37,004 nucleotides of DNA. Source: a virus (lineage: Duplodnaviria; Caudoviricetes). The stretch lies in IMG/VR virus record IMGVR_UViG_3300048561_000081, positions 1 through 37,004 of that record; one strand, written 5' to 3'. Shown piece after piece: positions 1 to 9,243 of this stretch (its first letter is position 1; each line of letters opens with the position of its first letter). The position numbers were made by a program, and so were the translations under genes. The notes beneath the pieces are model-generated. The model was not told the DNA's origin. It was given only the letters and a program-made list of their open reading frames with translations, and searched no databases.

Positions 1-825
1 TCAGCAGGTCACCTCCACACCGTTTTGATGACCCAGCAAGACCCACAACTGCGTGCCCTTCTCGGTCAACATCCGCCGGATCATCACCGGCACCTTGTTG
101 GCGTCGCGCGCTCCGCCATCTGTTCCGCCGATCGGCTGCAGCGTCATGCCCACGCCGTCGTTGTTGGTCGCCGCGGGATTGATCCCGCAGTTGAACGCGT
201 AGCCGTCGCCGTTGCCTTGCTCCTCCAGGCTGATGAACTTCATGCCCGGCGAACCCTTGGCCCAGTACCACGCTTCGTTCACGCCTTCAGTCGTGTCCTC
301 CATCTTCGTAGTCAGGCGCACATAAACGGGCGTCCCATCGTCCGGCAGCCCGGTCACTTCCTGCGACGCCGCCGCACCGAATGCACCGTCGTAGTACTCG
401 TGGCCGCCGCGGGTGCTCCCCACCTGCAGCTTGTATTCGTCGGCGCCCACCGGTTCGTTCCACGTGAACGTGATGGTGGTGTTGGTCAGCACCGCGGGCG
501 ACGCCGGCGTCGCGATCGCGGCGTAGGTCTCATCGACGGTGTACGCGGCTCCGATCGGGTCTGCGCTCGTGCGGCCGCCATCCTTGACCTGCACCCGCCC
601 GGTGCAAAGCAGCTCGATCTCTTCCCAGTCGTACCACCAGACGCCGCCGGTCTGCGATGTCGCGCCCGTCACGCGCACCAGCACTTCGGTGGCGCGCGGC
701 GTACCTCCCGCGCCACGCGGATGATATCCATGCTCGTCCGAACCAGACTGCAGCTGCCCCAACTCGAACAGCTCCTGCTGCCTGCGAACAATTGCCGCGG
801 ATTCCGATCTGCTGCGCGCCATCAC
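1..825 (-). CDS. Putative tail-tip/fibre protein with FN3/Ig-like domain
   Basis: Last visible gene of the tail operon, overlapping the upstream stop. TFTWNEPVGADEYKLQVGSTRGG...VTGLPDDGTPVYVRL resembles an FN3-like module. Confidence 0.6.
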   Translation of the reverse strand: MMARSRSESAAIVRRQQELFELGQLQSGSDEHGYHPRGAGGTPRATEVLVRVTGATSQTGGVWWYDWEEIELLCTGRVQVKDGGRTSADPIGAAYTVDETYAAIATPASPAVLTNTTITFTWNEPVGADEYKLQVGSTRGGHEYYDGAFGAAASQEVTGLPDDGTPVYVRLTTKMEDTTEGVNEAWYWAKGSPGMKFISLEEQGNGDGYAFNCGINPAATNNDGVGMTLQPIGGTDGGARDANKVPVMIRRMLTEKGTQLWVLLGHQNGVEVTC

Positions 826-3107
826 GCACTCTCCATGCCGCGCAGCAGCGGCGCATCATCCAGGGTCAGCATCGTGGTTTGCGCATCGACCTGGTAGACC
901 TTTTGCGTGATGATCGGCAGCGCCCCATAGATGGGCGCTTCGGGGTCGTCGACGATCGTGTTGAACGCAATCACCTCCGTGGGGCCCCGCCGGATCCCCG
1001 ACACGCGCGCCCCCAAGGGAAATTCCTCCTCTTCGATCCAGGGAATGCTCGCCTCGCCGGCCCACTTGCCGCGCACCCGCGTGGCCAGCAGCGACGCCGC
1101 AAGCTTGTTCGCGGCGGCCGTGTCATCCCGCGCCGTCCCGAGGGCGTCCACCTCCGGCGCCGTAGTCGCCTCCACATCCGTGGCCAGCTCTTTGAACGTG
1201 GTGTTGCGCAGCACCAGCGCCGTACTGTCGTGCTCCGCGACCGGAGACGTGAAGAGCGCATCCCCCTCGCCGGTGCACACCTCGTCGGTCTCGATCGCGA
1301 AGTATGCGCGCAGCAGGAACGCCTGCTCCATGAAGGCGTGGTAATAGTTGTCGTACTCGGACGCCGGATCGAGGCTCTCAAAAAGTTCCTTGCCGAAGGA
1401 CAGCAGGTCGCGGGCGGCAATGTAGAACGCGGACTGCTCGGCAATCACCTGCAGCCGGTCGGCCACGCGGTGCCAGCTCGAGCCCGCGTCGAGGCTCACC
1501 TCCAGCAGCACGCCGATGGCCTTGCCGTCCGCGGTCGGCACCGGTCCAACCTTGCGGCGCCGGCGCACCTGGTCGGCCTCATGCTCGAAATCCCAAGGCG
1601 TGGAGTAATCGGTGAACGCGCCGGTCTCGCGGTCGTATTCGGCATGCACCGCGGCGATCTCACCAGATGCGTCGATGCCCCACAGACGCCCGACCAGGCG
1701 ATTCTGCCCGTCGCCATGGTTCGGGCCATCGGGCTGAAACCGGTTGAAAAATTCGCTTCCCGTGTCGGTTGCGAATGGGCTGCTGCTGTACGCCTGGTCG
1801 CGGAAGGTGGTCTTGTCGCCTTCATCCACGTCATCCCAGCGTTCGTCCGGCTTCCACAAGGGCACCAGTGCCGCGCGTACCACGCGCCATTTCTTGTCGC
1901 CGATGACGACGACGCGCCGCAGGGTGTTGCCGTAGTCCACCTGCAGGTTGGCGTTGACCACGTTGTTGGCGGCGAGAATGTCCGTCACTGCGCGCGGCTC
2001 CCCGTCGCCATCCAGGTAACCGCCGTCGCGCTCCAGGCCGAGCTCGACCACGGCGCCATCTGCCGGCGCCCAGAAGTTCAACTCGCTCAGCAGGAACACT
2101 TCGTCCTCTTCGCTGTCGTTGAGGTGCACGACGGACCAGTAGATACCCGCCGCCTTGGCCAGGCGCTTCAAGGCCTCCTCGATCGACAGTCCTTCAACTG
2201 TCAGGTTGTCGGCGCGGCGTACGGTAAGATCGAGCCAGGAGTCCACCGGGCGGTCCTCATCTTCGGGCACGTCGCCCTCCGCCAGGTCATACCACCACTC
2301 GTCTTCCGGACCGGTGCGGTCTTCCGCGGTGAACAAATTGCCTGGACCCACGATCGGCGGGGAATTCTCCGGGTCGAAAGGCAGGTGCACGCGCACCAGG
2401 TAGCGCAGCGCCTGCAGGAGCGTCCAGTACTCCGCTTGCGGATCGCCCTCATAGGTGAACAGGTGGATCGGGCCTTCATGCACGAGCTGGTCCGTGGGCT
2501 TGAACAGCACCGGGCGTTTCATCCGATTGGGTTTGCCACCAGCATTGAAGATGCAGGGCAGTGCCCGCACGTACTTGGCCAGGTCCTCCCAGGCCATGTC
2601 GACAGGATCCTCGGATGGCGGGTCCTCCGCGGCGAGCGTGTCCCACGCCGCCTGGCTCAGCATGTAGCGCCCCTGGATCTGGGCGCTGCGCATGCCGGCA
2701 GCGCGGTGCAGGCAGTCACGCAGGCGCAGCGAACGGTTGTAGGTCACCTGGTTGCCGGCGCTGCCCAGCTGCAGCATGCGTGCGTCGAGGAACCCGCGGG
2801 CCACGAACGTGATGCCCGCCAGGTCATCCGGTTCATCAGGCAGGATGCCGATCGCGCATTCCACGCGCGGCCCGTACATGGTGTTGAAGTCGGCATCGCT
2901 GATCTCTTCCTGGATGACGGTCTCGTCGCGGCGCATCAACCCGTGGAAGTTCACGTCCAGTTCCGCGCTGCCGTGGCCGAACACGCCGCAGATGACGCGC
3001 CGCACTGCCACGCGTTCATCGAACACGAGCCCGGCCTCGGGATCCTCCGGCTGCCGGAAGAATCCCAGGCGTGTGGCGCGTTCGCAGGCTGTCGTCGGTC
3101 GGGGCAT
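822..3107 (-). CDS. Putative tail hub/baseplate protein (761 aa)
   Basis: Large acidic ORF downstream of the tape measure and distal-tail genes; GLSIEEALKRLAKAAG is typical of hub proteins. Mostly positional. Confidence 0.6.
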   Translation of the reverse strand: MPRPTTACERATRLGFFRQPEDPEAGLVFDERVAVRRVICGVFGHGSAELDVNFHGLMRRDETVIQEEISDADFNTMYGPRVECAIGILPDEPDDLAGITFVARGFLDARMLQLGSAGNQVTYNRSLRLRDCLHRAAGMRSAQIQGRYMLSQAAWDTLAAEDPPSEDPVDMAWEDLAKYVRALPCIFNAGGKPNRMKRPVLFKPTDQLVHEGPIHLFTYEGDPQAEYWTLLQALRYLVRVHLPFDPENSPPIVGPGNLFTAEDRTGPEDEWWYDLAEGDVPEDEDRPVDSWLDLTVRRADNLTVEGLSIEEALKRLAKAAGIYWSVVHLNDSEEDEVFLLSELNFWAPADGAVVELGLERDGGYLDGDGEPRAVTDILAANNVVNANLQVDYGNTLRRVVVIGDKKWRVVRAALVPLWKPDERWDDVDEGDKTTFRDQAYSSSPFATDTGSEFFNRFQPDGPNHGDGQNRLVGRLWGIDASGEIAAVHAEYDRETGAFTDYSTPWDFEHEADQVRRRRKVGPVPTADGKAIGVLLEVSLDAGSSWHRVADRLQVIAEQSAFYIAARDLLSFGKELFESLDPASEYDNYYHAFMEQAFLLRAYFAIETDEVCTGEGDALFTSPVAEHDSTALVLRNTTFKELATDVEATTAPEVDALGTARDDTAAANKLAASLLATRVRGKWAGEASIPWIEEEEFPLGARVSGIRRGPTEVIAFNTIVDDPEAPIYGALPIITQKVYQVDAQTTMLTLDDAPLLRGMESA

Positions 3108-3112
3108 ATGAT

Positions 3113-3144
3113 CAGGCTGCAGGCTTTAGGCTGCAGGCTCCAGG
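3113..3144. repeat. Heptamer tandem repeat CAGGCTG-CAGGCTT-TAGGCTG-CAGGCTC
   Basis: Read directly; reverse complement of the (A/C)AGCCT(G/C) family. Confidence 0.9.
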
Positions 3145-3146
3145 TC

Positions 3147-3171
3147 GTGTGCCACTGCTCTGCGAGCAGTG
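3147..3171 (+). repeat. REP-like hairpin family A, copy 1 (GTGTGC-CACTGCTC-TGC-GAGCAGTG)
   Basis: 8-bp perfect stem, 3-nt loop, conserved 5' tail; six copies in the window. Confidence 0.93.
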
Positions 3172-3179
3172 CGTCTACG

Positions 3180-5138
3180 CTACAGTCCCATCCCCATCCG
3201 TTGCGGCGCGCTCGTCCCGCTGCCGCTATTTGCGCCCGCGCCCAGTGCATTGGCGGGCGAACTCCCCCGCACGCGGAAGTCGTACGCTGCGGGGTTCACG
3301 AAGCGCGGGTCCGCGACGACGCTGGCCGCGTCGCTCAATTTGTCGGCCGCGGTGGAAACGTAAGTCGCCCACGCCGTTTGCACTCCGGAGATTCCCGACG
3401 CCAGCGTCACGTTGGCCCCGCCCAGGCCAATCACATTAGTGCCCGACGCCCACAAAACATTGCCCTCGAAGAAGTTGTTCCACGTGTTGGCATCGGCATC
3501 GTCTGCGCCGGGGTCAATCAGGTACGCCGTACTCCCCTTGAGGATGTTCCCGGCGATGCAATTGTCGGTCGCATTCGTGCCGTCCTGATTCGTGTCGATG
3601 GTCAGCGCTGATGTGTCTTCCGCAACGATGGTGTTGCCGATGACGTCGTTGTTTTTCCCGCCGGGAATGTAGAGAGCCGCATCCGTCGCCATGTTGCAGT
3701 AGATGGTGTTGCGGGCAATGACGTTGTCGTCGGACTTGAAGACGAGATTCCCCGCGCTCGAACTGCTCGGCGTGATGAACGTGTTGTCGTACATCCGCAC
3801 GTGGCTGGCACCCACGCCTGCAAAGAAGTTGTGATTCGCGGACGCGTGGGTCCACCGAAAGGTGTTGCGCGCCACGACGATGCTTTCAAACGCGCTCGTG
3901 TTTACCGTGGCATCCCCGCCATCGGTTTCCTTCCCGAGAAGAATGGCGTGGTGGTAGGTGAACTCCAAATCGTTATCGCGCACCTGCACGCTTCGCCAGT
4001 TTCCGGGCGAAGTCAGCAGCTTGCCCACCGAGCCGGTGCAATGCGAAAACCGCAGGCGCGTGCCGTAGCCGTTCAGGGCCGTGCCGCCTACAGCGGTTCC
4101 GTCCTGCAGAAAGCCCGTCGTGCTGGCGGCGATGGACTCATCGAAATCGATGTAATCAAAGTCGAGGGTAGCAATGTCGACGGCGCGAACGTTGCCAGAA
4201 AGCGGGATCGACATCCCGATTGTGGTCTGCAGCATTGGGCGCGTCGTCACGCCGAGAAATCCAACAGAGCCGACGTCGCTCGCAATGCGCGATAGGTAGG
4301 CTTTGCTCGTCAGACTGCCGCCCTCCATGTACAGGTCGGTCGACGATGAGCTTGAACCTTGAATGACGAGGCCGAAGCCTCCACTCGCATCGTTGCGGAT
4401 GTCGCAATTGATAAGCCGAAGGTCGGTTGCCACCGTGTTGATTATCGTGCTGGTGGGGTTGTTGCTGTTAATTCGGAACCCGTTCAGCGTGATAGTTCCG
4501 GTGGAACTTCCCTCGATGCTTATCGCGGCGTTGCCGCTGACCGAATCGCTCAGAAGGGGGTAAAGCCCGCCCGAAGCCACGCCGGTGAACGTGACGTTGG
4601 CGTTCGCGTCATCGAATACGACGAGCTTCAGGTAGTTGGGGTCCATGCCCTCATAGGTGGCAAAGGCGACGGATACCGTGTGCGTTCCGCCGATGGCTGT
4701 TTGGGCCGCCTTGTTTATCGTTCCGAATGGCCCCGTGGTCGTCCCGCCCGCCGTGGCGGCGAGCCCGGTGTTGTTGTTGCTTCCCTTAACGAGCCGATAG
4801 GTGACAGTGTCGTACGTTCCGCTCGACAACGCCGCGCCAAATTCGAGTCTCTTGGTCGAGCCCACATAGCCGGCCGTCGCCTTGCGACACTCCCCGCGGC
4901 GGGATCCGCTGAGGATGAGAATTCCGCAGTTCTCATACACTCCGTTCGACGTCGCGGCGTCGCTGGCAAGGATGATGTGCGTGGAGTCTCCGCCAGCCTG
5001 AGCCGTTCCCGAGATCGAGCCGTTGGTGGTAATGACGCAGTCCGAGCCGTCGACGTAGTATTGCGTCGCGATCGCCGGCAGAGCCAAGCTCACCGCGAGC
5101 AGCCATCCGATCCGAGTTGCGAGTGTTCGTACGCGCAT
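3180..5138 (-). CDS. Beta-helix (pectin-lyase-like) spike/depolymerase with N-terminal signal peptide
   Basis: AGGAGG RBS before ATG 5138; signal-like MRVRTLATRIGWLLAVSLALPAIA; YYVD..GPFGTINKAA N-motif; N/I/V-rich helix repeats; C-terminal DPRFVNPAAYDFRVRGSSPA motif. Confidence 0.75.
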   Translation of the reverse strand: MRVRTLATRIGWLLAVSLALPAIATQYYVDGSDCVITTNGSISGTAQAGGDSTHIILASDAATSNGVYENCGILILSGSRRGECRKATAGYVGSTKRLEFGAALSSGTYDTVTYRLVKGSNNNTGLAATAGGTTTGPFGTINKAAQTAIGGTHTVSVAFATYEGMDPNYLKLVVFDDANANVTFTGVASGGLYPLLSDSVSGNAAISIEGSSTGTITLNGFRINSNNPTSTIINTVATDLRLINCDIRNDASGGFGLVIQGSSSSSTDLYMEGGSLTSKAYLSRIASDVGSVGFLGVTTRPMLQTTIGMSIPLSGNVRAVDIATLDFDYIDFDESIAASTTGFLQDGTAVGGTALNGYGTRLRFSHCTGSVGKLLTSPGNWRSVQVRDNDLEFTYHHAILLGKETDGGDATVNTSAFESIVVARNTFRWTHASANHNFFAGVGASHVRMYDNTFITPSSSSAGNLVFKSDDNVIARNTIYCNMATDAALYIPGGKNNDVIGNTIVAEDTSALTIDTNQDGTNATDNCIAGNILKGSTAYLIDPGADDADANTWNNFFEGNVLWASGTNVIGLGGANVTLASGISGVQTAWATYVSTAADKLSDAASVVADPRFVNPAAYDFRVRGSSPANALGAGANSGSGTSAPQRMGMGL

Positions 5139-5202
5139 CCCTGCGCCTCCTAAATCGATGAAGGCATCAGCCTTCTCTTCAGGCTCCCGCATTGGTTGCC
5201 TT

Positions 5203-5230
5203 CAGCCCCAAGTCTCAAGTCTCAAGCCTA
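5203..5230. repeat. Heptamer tandem repeat CAGCCCC-AAGTCTC-AAGTCTC-AAGCCTA
   Basis: Read directly; the last three bases form the TAG stop of 5228..5608. Confidence 0.9.
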
Positions 5231-5608
5231 ATAAAGCCCCACAATGTCCGTCGCGGTCGTGCCCGTCGCCTTCACGATGCGCACGCGGTAAGGCAGGATC
5301 GATCCCGGCGGAACGTCCGGGAATCCAGTGCTGGTCGCGTCGTCGACCATGAACACCGTCAGGTTCCCGCCGCCGCCGACATAGATCGCGCGCGTCACGC
5401 GGGCCAGTTCGTTGGTGTTGTGCGGCGTGATCGCCGCGGCACTCCGCGCCGGACTGTCCGGCGTCACGGCCCAGCTCTTCCAGCTGTCCGTTGATTGGGC
5501 CACCGCGGTATTCCGCTCGCTCCATGCCGCGAAGCCGATGAGTACCAGGAGCAGCAGCACCATGGCACCCAGCAGCAACCGTTTCATTTTGTAGTCTTCG
5601 CTCTTCAT
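5228..5608 (-). CDS. Head-spike base-like protein (RcGTA Rcc01079-like) with N-terminal hydrophobic leader
   Basis: SPARSAAAITP..NELARVTRAIYVGGGGNLTV....FPDVPPGSILPYRVRIVKATGTTATDIVGLY matches my recollection of the spike-base family; leader MKRLLLGAMVLLLLVLIGFAAW. Confidence 0.75.
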   Translation of the reverse strand: MKSEDYKMKRLLLGAMVLLLLVLIGFAAWSERNTAVAQSTDSWKSWAVTPDSPARSAAAITPHNTNELARVTRAIYVGGGGNLTVFMVDDATSTGFPDVPPGSILPYRVRIVKATGTTATDIVGLY

Positions 5609-5617
5609 GGGTTTTTC

Positions 5618-6064
5618 CTAATCCGGTATCGGAACCTGTCCACTCAGCACCAGGAAGGTGATGTTCACTTCCCGCCGCACCCAGCCGTTCATGGCGCCGC
5701 CGCGGATCGTGTCCACGCGGCCGGCCGGCTGCACGCCCGTGACGATCGCGGTGGTGAAGGTGCGGTCGTCGCTCGTCACCAGCTCGCCGGCGTCGCCGTT
5801 GCGCTTCGCGGTTTCCGCATCCGCGATGATCTGATTCATGATGGCCAGCGTGCTGCAGCGCAGCGCCAGCCGCCACACGACGTTGCGGCCGCGTGCTCCC
5901 AGCACGCGCCGGAACAGCCCGCTGAACCCGACGAAGCTGTAGTCGACGCTGGCCACGTCCAGGTCGCCGGTGTCCACCGCGCAAACGGAATTGGCCGTGC
6001 CCGCGGTCGCAAGCGCGCCGCCGGGCAGTCCGACATCCAGTCCCGTGAAAGTCGGAGTGACCAT
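5618..6064 (-). CDS. Putative distal tail protein
   Basis: 148 aa, coupled directly after the tape measure gene; positional. Confidence 0.55.
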   Translation of the reverse strand: MVTPTFTGLDVGLPGGALATAGTANSVCAVDTGDLDVASVDYSFVGFSGLFRRVLGARGRNVVWRLALRCSTLAIMNQIIADAETAKRNGDAGELVTSDDRTFTTAIVTGVQPAGRVDTIRGGAMNGWVRREVNITFLVLSGQVPIPD

Positions 6065-7656
6065 CAGTCTCGCGCCGCCTCCAGGCCCTCGTCCGCGGGC
6101 GCATGCAGGCCGGGTTCAGGCCCGGCGTTGTGGTACATGGTGCCGACGTTGTAATTCGTGACGCGCACGTCGCGCTCCGCAGCACTCAATTTTCTGGAGA
6201 CGTCCGCCAACCGGTCATCAGACAGGCCGACCTGCAACCCGCCGCCACGCACTTTTTTCAAAGCCTCATCGACTTCGCTGGTGTTCCCTCCGCGCTTGCG
6301 CAGGTCATTCGCACGGCGCTCCAACTCTGCGGCGGTCTCCTCGTCAATGAATACCTCGTCGAGCCTCTTCACCGATTCGAAGGCGGAGATTTCTCCGCTC
6401 GCGAGCTTGCGTTCAAACTCCCGTTTCCCGATGTTGCGGGATTGCTCCAGCGGGGCGAGTTCCTCGCCCGTAACAGCTTCGCGCAAGCGTTCCTGGGCCT
6501 GCCCGCGATTCTGTTGAAATGCAATGTCGGTCTGCCGAACGGCCAGCGCGCGATCGACATCCGCGGCCGACGCATTTGCAATCGCTCCGCTGACATCCGA
6601 AGCGGCCGCCACGCCACCCGGGCCAAAGGCGTCAGCGGCGCGCTCCCCGCGCACGCCAATGCCACCCAGTTTCTTAGTGAACTTGCTGCTTTGTCCGGCG
6701 TCCCTCTCTTGCCCCAAAAGTTCGCGCGTAAGTGCAAAACGCTGCGCACTGGTGAGCGTTGCTGGATCCAGGCCCCGCTGCCGCGCCAGCGTCTTAATGT
6801 CTTTGGCCAGGCCGCTTTGTTCATCGAACGCCAGCGTCTCGAATGTGGCGAGGTTCTGCCCGCCGGCCTCGTCACTGGTTTCCGCCTTGCGCGCTTGACC
6901 CGCAACCTGCAGCACGTCATCAAGAGCTACGCCGCTCTTGAGTGCCCGCCCGCCTTTCGATGCCACCATTGTGGAGAATCCGCCGACCGTCGTGCCGGCA
7001 GCGGCGGCAGCCGCAGCTATCTTCGCGGTTGCGGCCTTGGCGTCCTCAGCGGAGCCGAGCGAACCCGACGCTTCAAGTACATCGAGCAAAGCGTTTTGAT
7101 CAGTCGTCTCCAGATTGAAAGCACCCACCGCACCAGCAAGCGCCTTGGCAGTCCCGATGTTCTGTGACAAGCCGCCGCGGTCCTTCGTCGCTCGATCGAA
7201 CGCCTGTCCAAACGCAGTCGCCTGGTCCTCTTTCAACCCTCCCGTCGCAGCCAGGTCGGCCAGGTCGATCCCCGCCTGGCCCGTCGTCTGCCCGGTCTGC
7301 GCTGCGAGCTTCCCCGCGCTCTCCGCAAAAGCCCGCGCCGACTCTGCCACTTTGTTTTGCGCCTCCTGCACGCGCTGTAGCTCCTGCCAGTATTCGGTGG
7401 CAATGGCTTTCACCGCAGTAAACGCAGCGCCCAATAGCCCCATCGCTGTAAGCAGCTTGCCCGCGCCGGGCGAGACGGTATTGAACACGTCCTTGAGTTG
7501 GTCGAACGTTGACTTCGACTCGCTGGCCGCGCTGCCCGCCTGCGAGGTTTTGCGCCCCAGATCCTCCAGGCTCACCCCGACTGAGTTGCACGCGCGCTCC
7601 GCTTCCTCCTTGCCGAGCACCTTGATCAGGATGTCGTAGCCGGTCATTTGCGCCAT
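6064..7656 (-). CDS. Tail tape measure protein (short, 530 aa)
   Basis: Ala/Gly-rich helical sequence, hydrophobic segment LLTAMGLLGAAFTAV, TMP-like N-terminus, follows the tube gene. Confidence 0.75.
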   Translation of the reverse strand: MAQMTGYDILIKVLGKEEAERACNSVGVSLEDLGRKTSQAGSAASESKSTFDQLKDVFNTVSPGAGKLLTAMGLLGAAFTAVKAIATEYWQELQRVQEAQNKVAESARAFAESAGKLAAQTGQTTGQAGIDLADLAATGGLKEDQATAFGQAFDRATKDRGGLSQNIGTAKALAGAVGAFNLETTDQNALLDVLEASGSLGSAEDAKAATAKIAAAAAAAGTTVGGFSTMVASKGGRALKSGVALDDVLQVAGQARKAETSDEAGGQNLATFETLAFDEQSGLAKDIKTLARQRGLDPATLTSAQRFALTRELLGQERDAGQSSKFTKKLGGIGVRGERAADAFGPGGVAAASDVSGAIANASAADVDRALAVRQTDIAFQQNRGQAQERLREAVTGEELAPLEQSRNIGKREFERKLASGEISAFESVKRLDEVFIDEETAAELERRANDLRKRGGNTSEVDEALKKVRGGGLQVGLSDDRLADVSRKLSAAERDVRVTNYNVGTMYHNAGPEPGLHAPADEGLEAARD

Positions 7657-7695
7657 GGGGTATTTCCAACACTAAGTCAGGTGCGGTAGCCTCGG

Positions 7696-8121
7696 TTACG
7701 GCGTCACATCGGCCATCGTCACCATGGTGGCGTACGTGTCGCTCGCTCCAAGCTTGGCCCGCGCGCTCACTGCCACCGTGCCCGTCGCGGTGTCCTGCAG
7801 AGCCGGAACGCGCCGGCCCACACGCGTGGCCTTCACGTTCTTGATCGTGACATCGCGCAGGTTGCCGCCCTGCTTGCGTTCGCGCACCACCAGGTTGCTC
7901 TCCGCGCCTGCCGCGAACGCGTGCGCCGCCGCCATGGAATTGAAGTTCAGCGACAGCGAAAGCGACCCATCCACCTGGTCGAACTCCTCCGGAGCGCCGT
8001 CCCCGCGGAATACTTTCTCGACGAACTGAAATTCGTCGCTCACGTCGAGCAGGCCTTCCACCTGCGTAGGCGTCGATCCGTGCGTCGCCTTCGTCGTGTT
8101 GGTGATATGCACTGCTGCCAT
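7696..8121 (-). CDS. Putative tail tube protein
   Basis: 141 aa, beta-rich, AAGGAG RBS, between the terminator-like gene and the TMP. Confidence 0.55.
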   Translation of the reverse strand: MAAVHITNTTKATHGSTPTQVEGLLDVSDEFQFVEKVFRGDGAPEEFDQVDGSLSLSLNFNSMAAAHAFAAGAESNLVVRERKQGGNLRDVTIKNVKATRVGRRVPALQDTATGTVAVSARAKLGASDTYATMVTMADVTP

Positions 8122-8139
8122 CGCAGACTCCTTTCGAAA

Positions 8140-8559
8140 TTATGAGTAACTGAACCTGAGCGGCGCCGTGAGCCAGACCAGGCTGGCCGGTTCGCTGCCG
8201 GTGTTGTCCTCGCTGAACCATGAGCCCAGCGTCGCATCCGCGGAGATGCCATCCACGTTGCTGTAGATAAAGTCTTTTGCCGCCGCGCGGAGCAGGGCGG
8301 TCATCTCTGCCAGCAGCTTGTCCTGAAAGCCCGCCGCTTCAAGGCGTGCCGCAGCCACGATCGTGTAATTCGCGAGTTGCTTAAAGCGGTTGTCGCCCGC
8401 GTCGTCGGGAGCCTCATCGTCGGTGACCCAAACCGCCAGCAAGGGAAAAGGCTTCTTCCACTGCATCGGCTCCACGCGCCGGCGCTCGATGGACGTGAAG
8501 TAAGCGGTAAGTTCCGGCTGCGCCAGCCACGCCGTCATGATGTCGCTGAAGTCACCCAT
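8140..8559 (-). CDS. Putative tail terminator protein
   Basis: 139 aa acidic; FPLLAVW and C-terminal LRFSYS strand pattern; position. Confidence 0.55.
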   Translation of the reverse strand: MGDFSDIMTAWLAQPELTAYFTSIERRRVEPMQWKKPFPLLAVWVTDDEAPDDAGDNRFKQLANYTIVAAARLEAAGFQDKLLAEMTALLRAAAKDFIYSNVDGISADATLGSWFSEDNTGSEPASLVWLTAPLRFSYS

Positions 8560-9243
8560 CTACGATGCTATTCCCAGTTCGCTCGCCAGTCGTCGATTGA
8601 ATGCCACCTGGAAGACGCCCGTGTTTTTGCGTACGCCCGCGGACAACCAATGCCGTGCAGGCAGCTTCGTGCGCGCCACCAGGAGGAACAGGAAGTACAA
8701 TTTGCGCTCGACCTTGCGCGGCGTTGTTTGCCCGTTGCGGCCGCGACGCCCGCCAGTGATCTTCATGCGTGCCACCAACATTGGCGGCTTACCCGGACGC
8801 TTCATGAGGAACATGTCCGGGTGCGTCTTCTTTGCTTCGCGGGGACCGCCCGGAAATTTGGGCCGGCCGCTCGGAGTCAGTGCGTCCTTCAACGGGATGG
8901 CCAATGCCTTGGCCTTCACCGGCAGGATGGGCGGATCACCCGTCTCGTGGATGCGGGCGTAAGCTGTTGCTGGGCCTTGAACTACTCCTATCGATGCCAC
9001 CAGCGAGCCGTCGTTGCCGACGCGGCGCCATCCCGTGCTCGCCCGCAACTTTCCGCTGCGCACACCCAGCGTATCAACGCCCGTACCCACAAATGCACTG
9101 GCAATGACAGCGCCTGTCAGCTCCTCCATGCCAGTGGCCAGCGCCTTGGGCAGTGCGGTCATCAGCCGCGGTCCAAAGTGTCGCGCAAGCTCGATAGCCT
9201 TCGCGGCATTGGTCTGGATTTCTATGACCGGAATCGACATCAC
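8560..9243 (-). CDS. Neck/tail completion protein (HK97 gp10 / Mu gpG-like)
   Basis: Motifs RSGKLRAS, YARIHETG, KAKALAIP, LPARHWL; basic. Confidence 0.75.
   Translation of the reverse strand: MMSIPVIEIQTNAAKAIELARHFGPRLMTALPKALATGMEELTGAVIASAFVGTGVDTLGVRSGKLRASTGWRRVGNDGSLVASIGVVQGPATAYARIHETGDPPILPVKAKALAIPLKDALTPSGRPKFPGGPREAKKTHPDMFLMKRPGKPPMLVARMKITGGRRGRNGQTTPRKVERKLYFLFLLVARTKLPARHWLSAGVRKNTGVFQVAFNRRLASELGIAS

Noticed and set aside
657-3611. 984-aa + strand ORF
   Set aside because: Antisense shadow of tail genes caused by high-GC codon bias; Arg/His-rich with no motifs
7657-7695. Tail chaperone frameshift site
   Set aside because: Gap too short and no ORF or slippery heptamer
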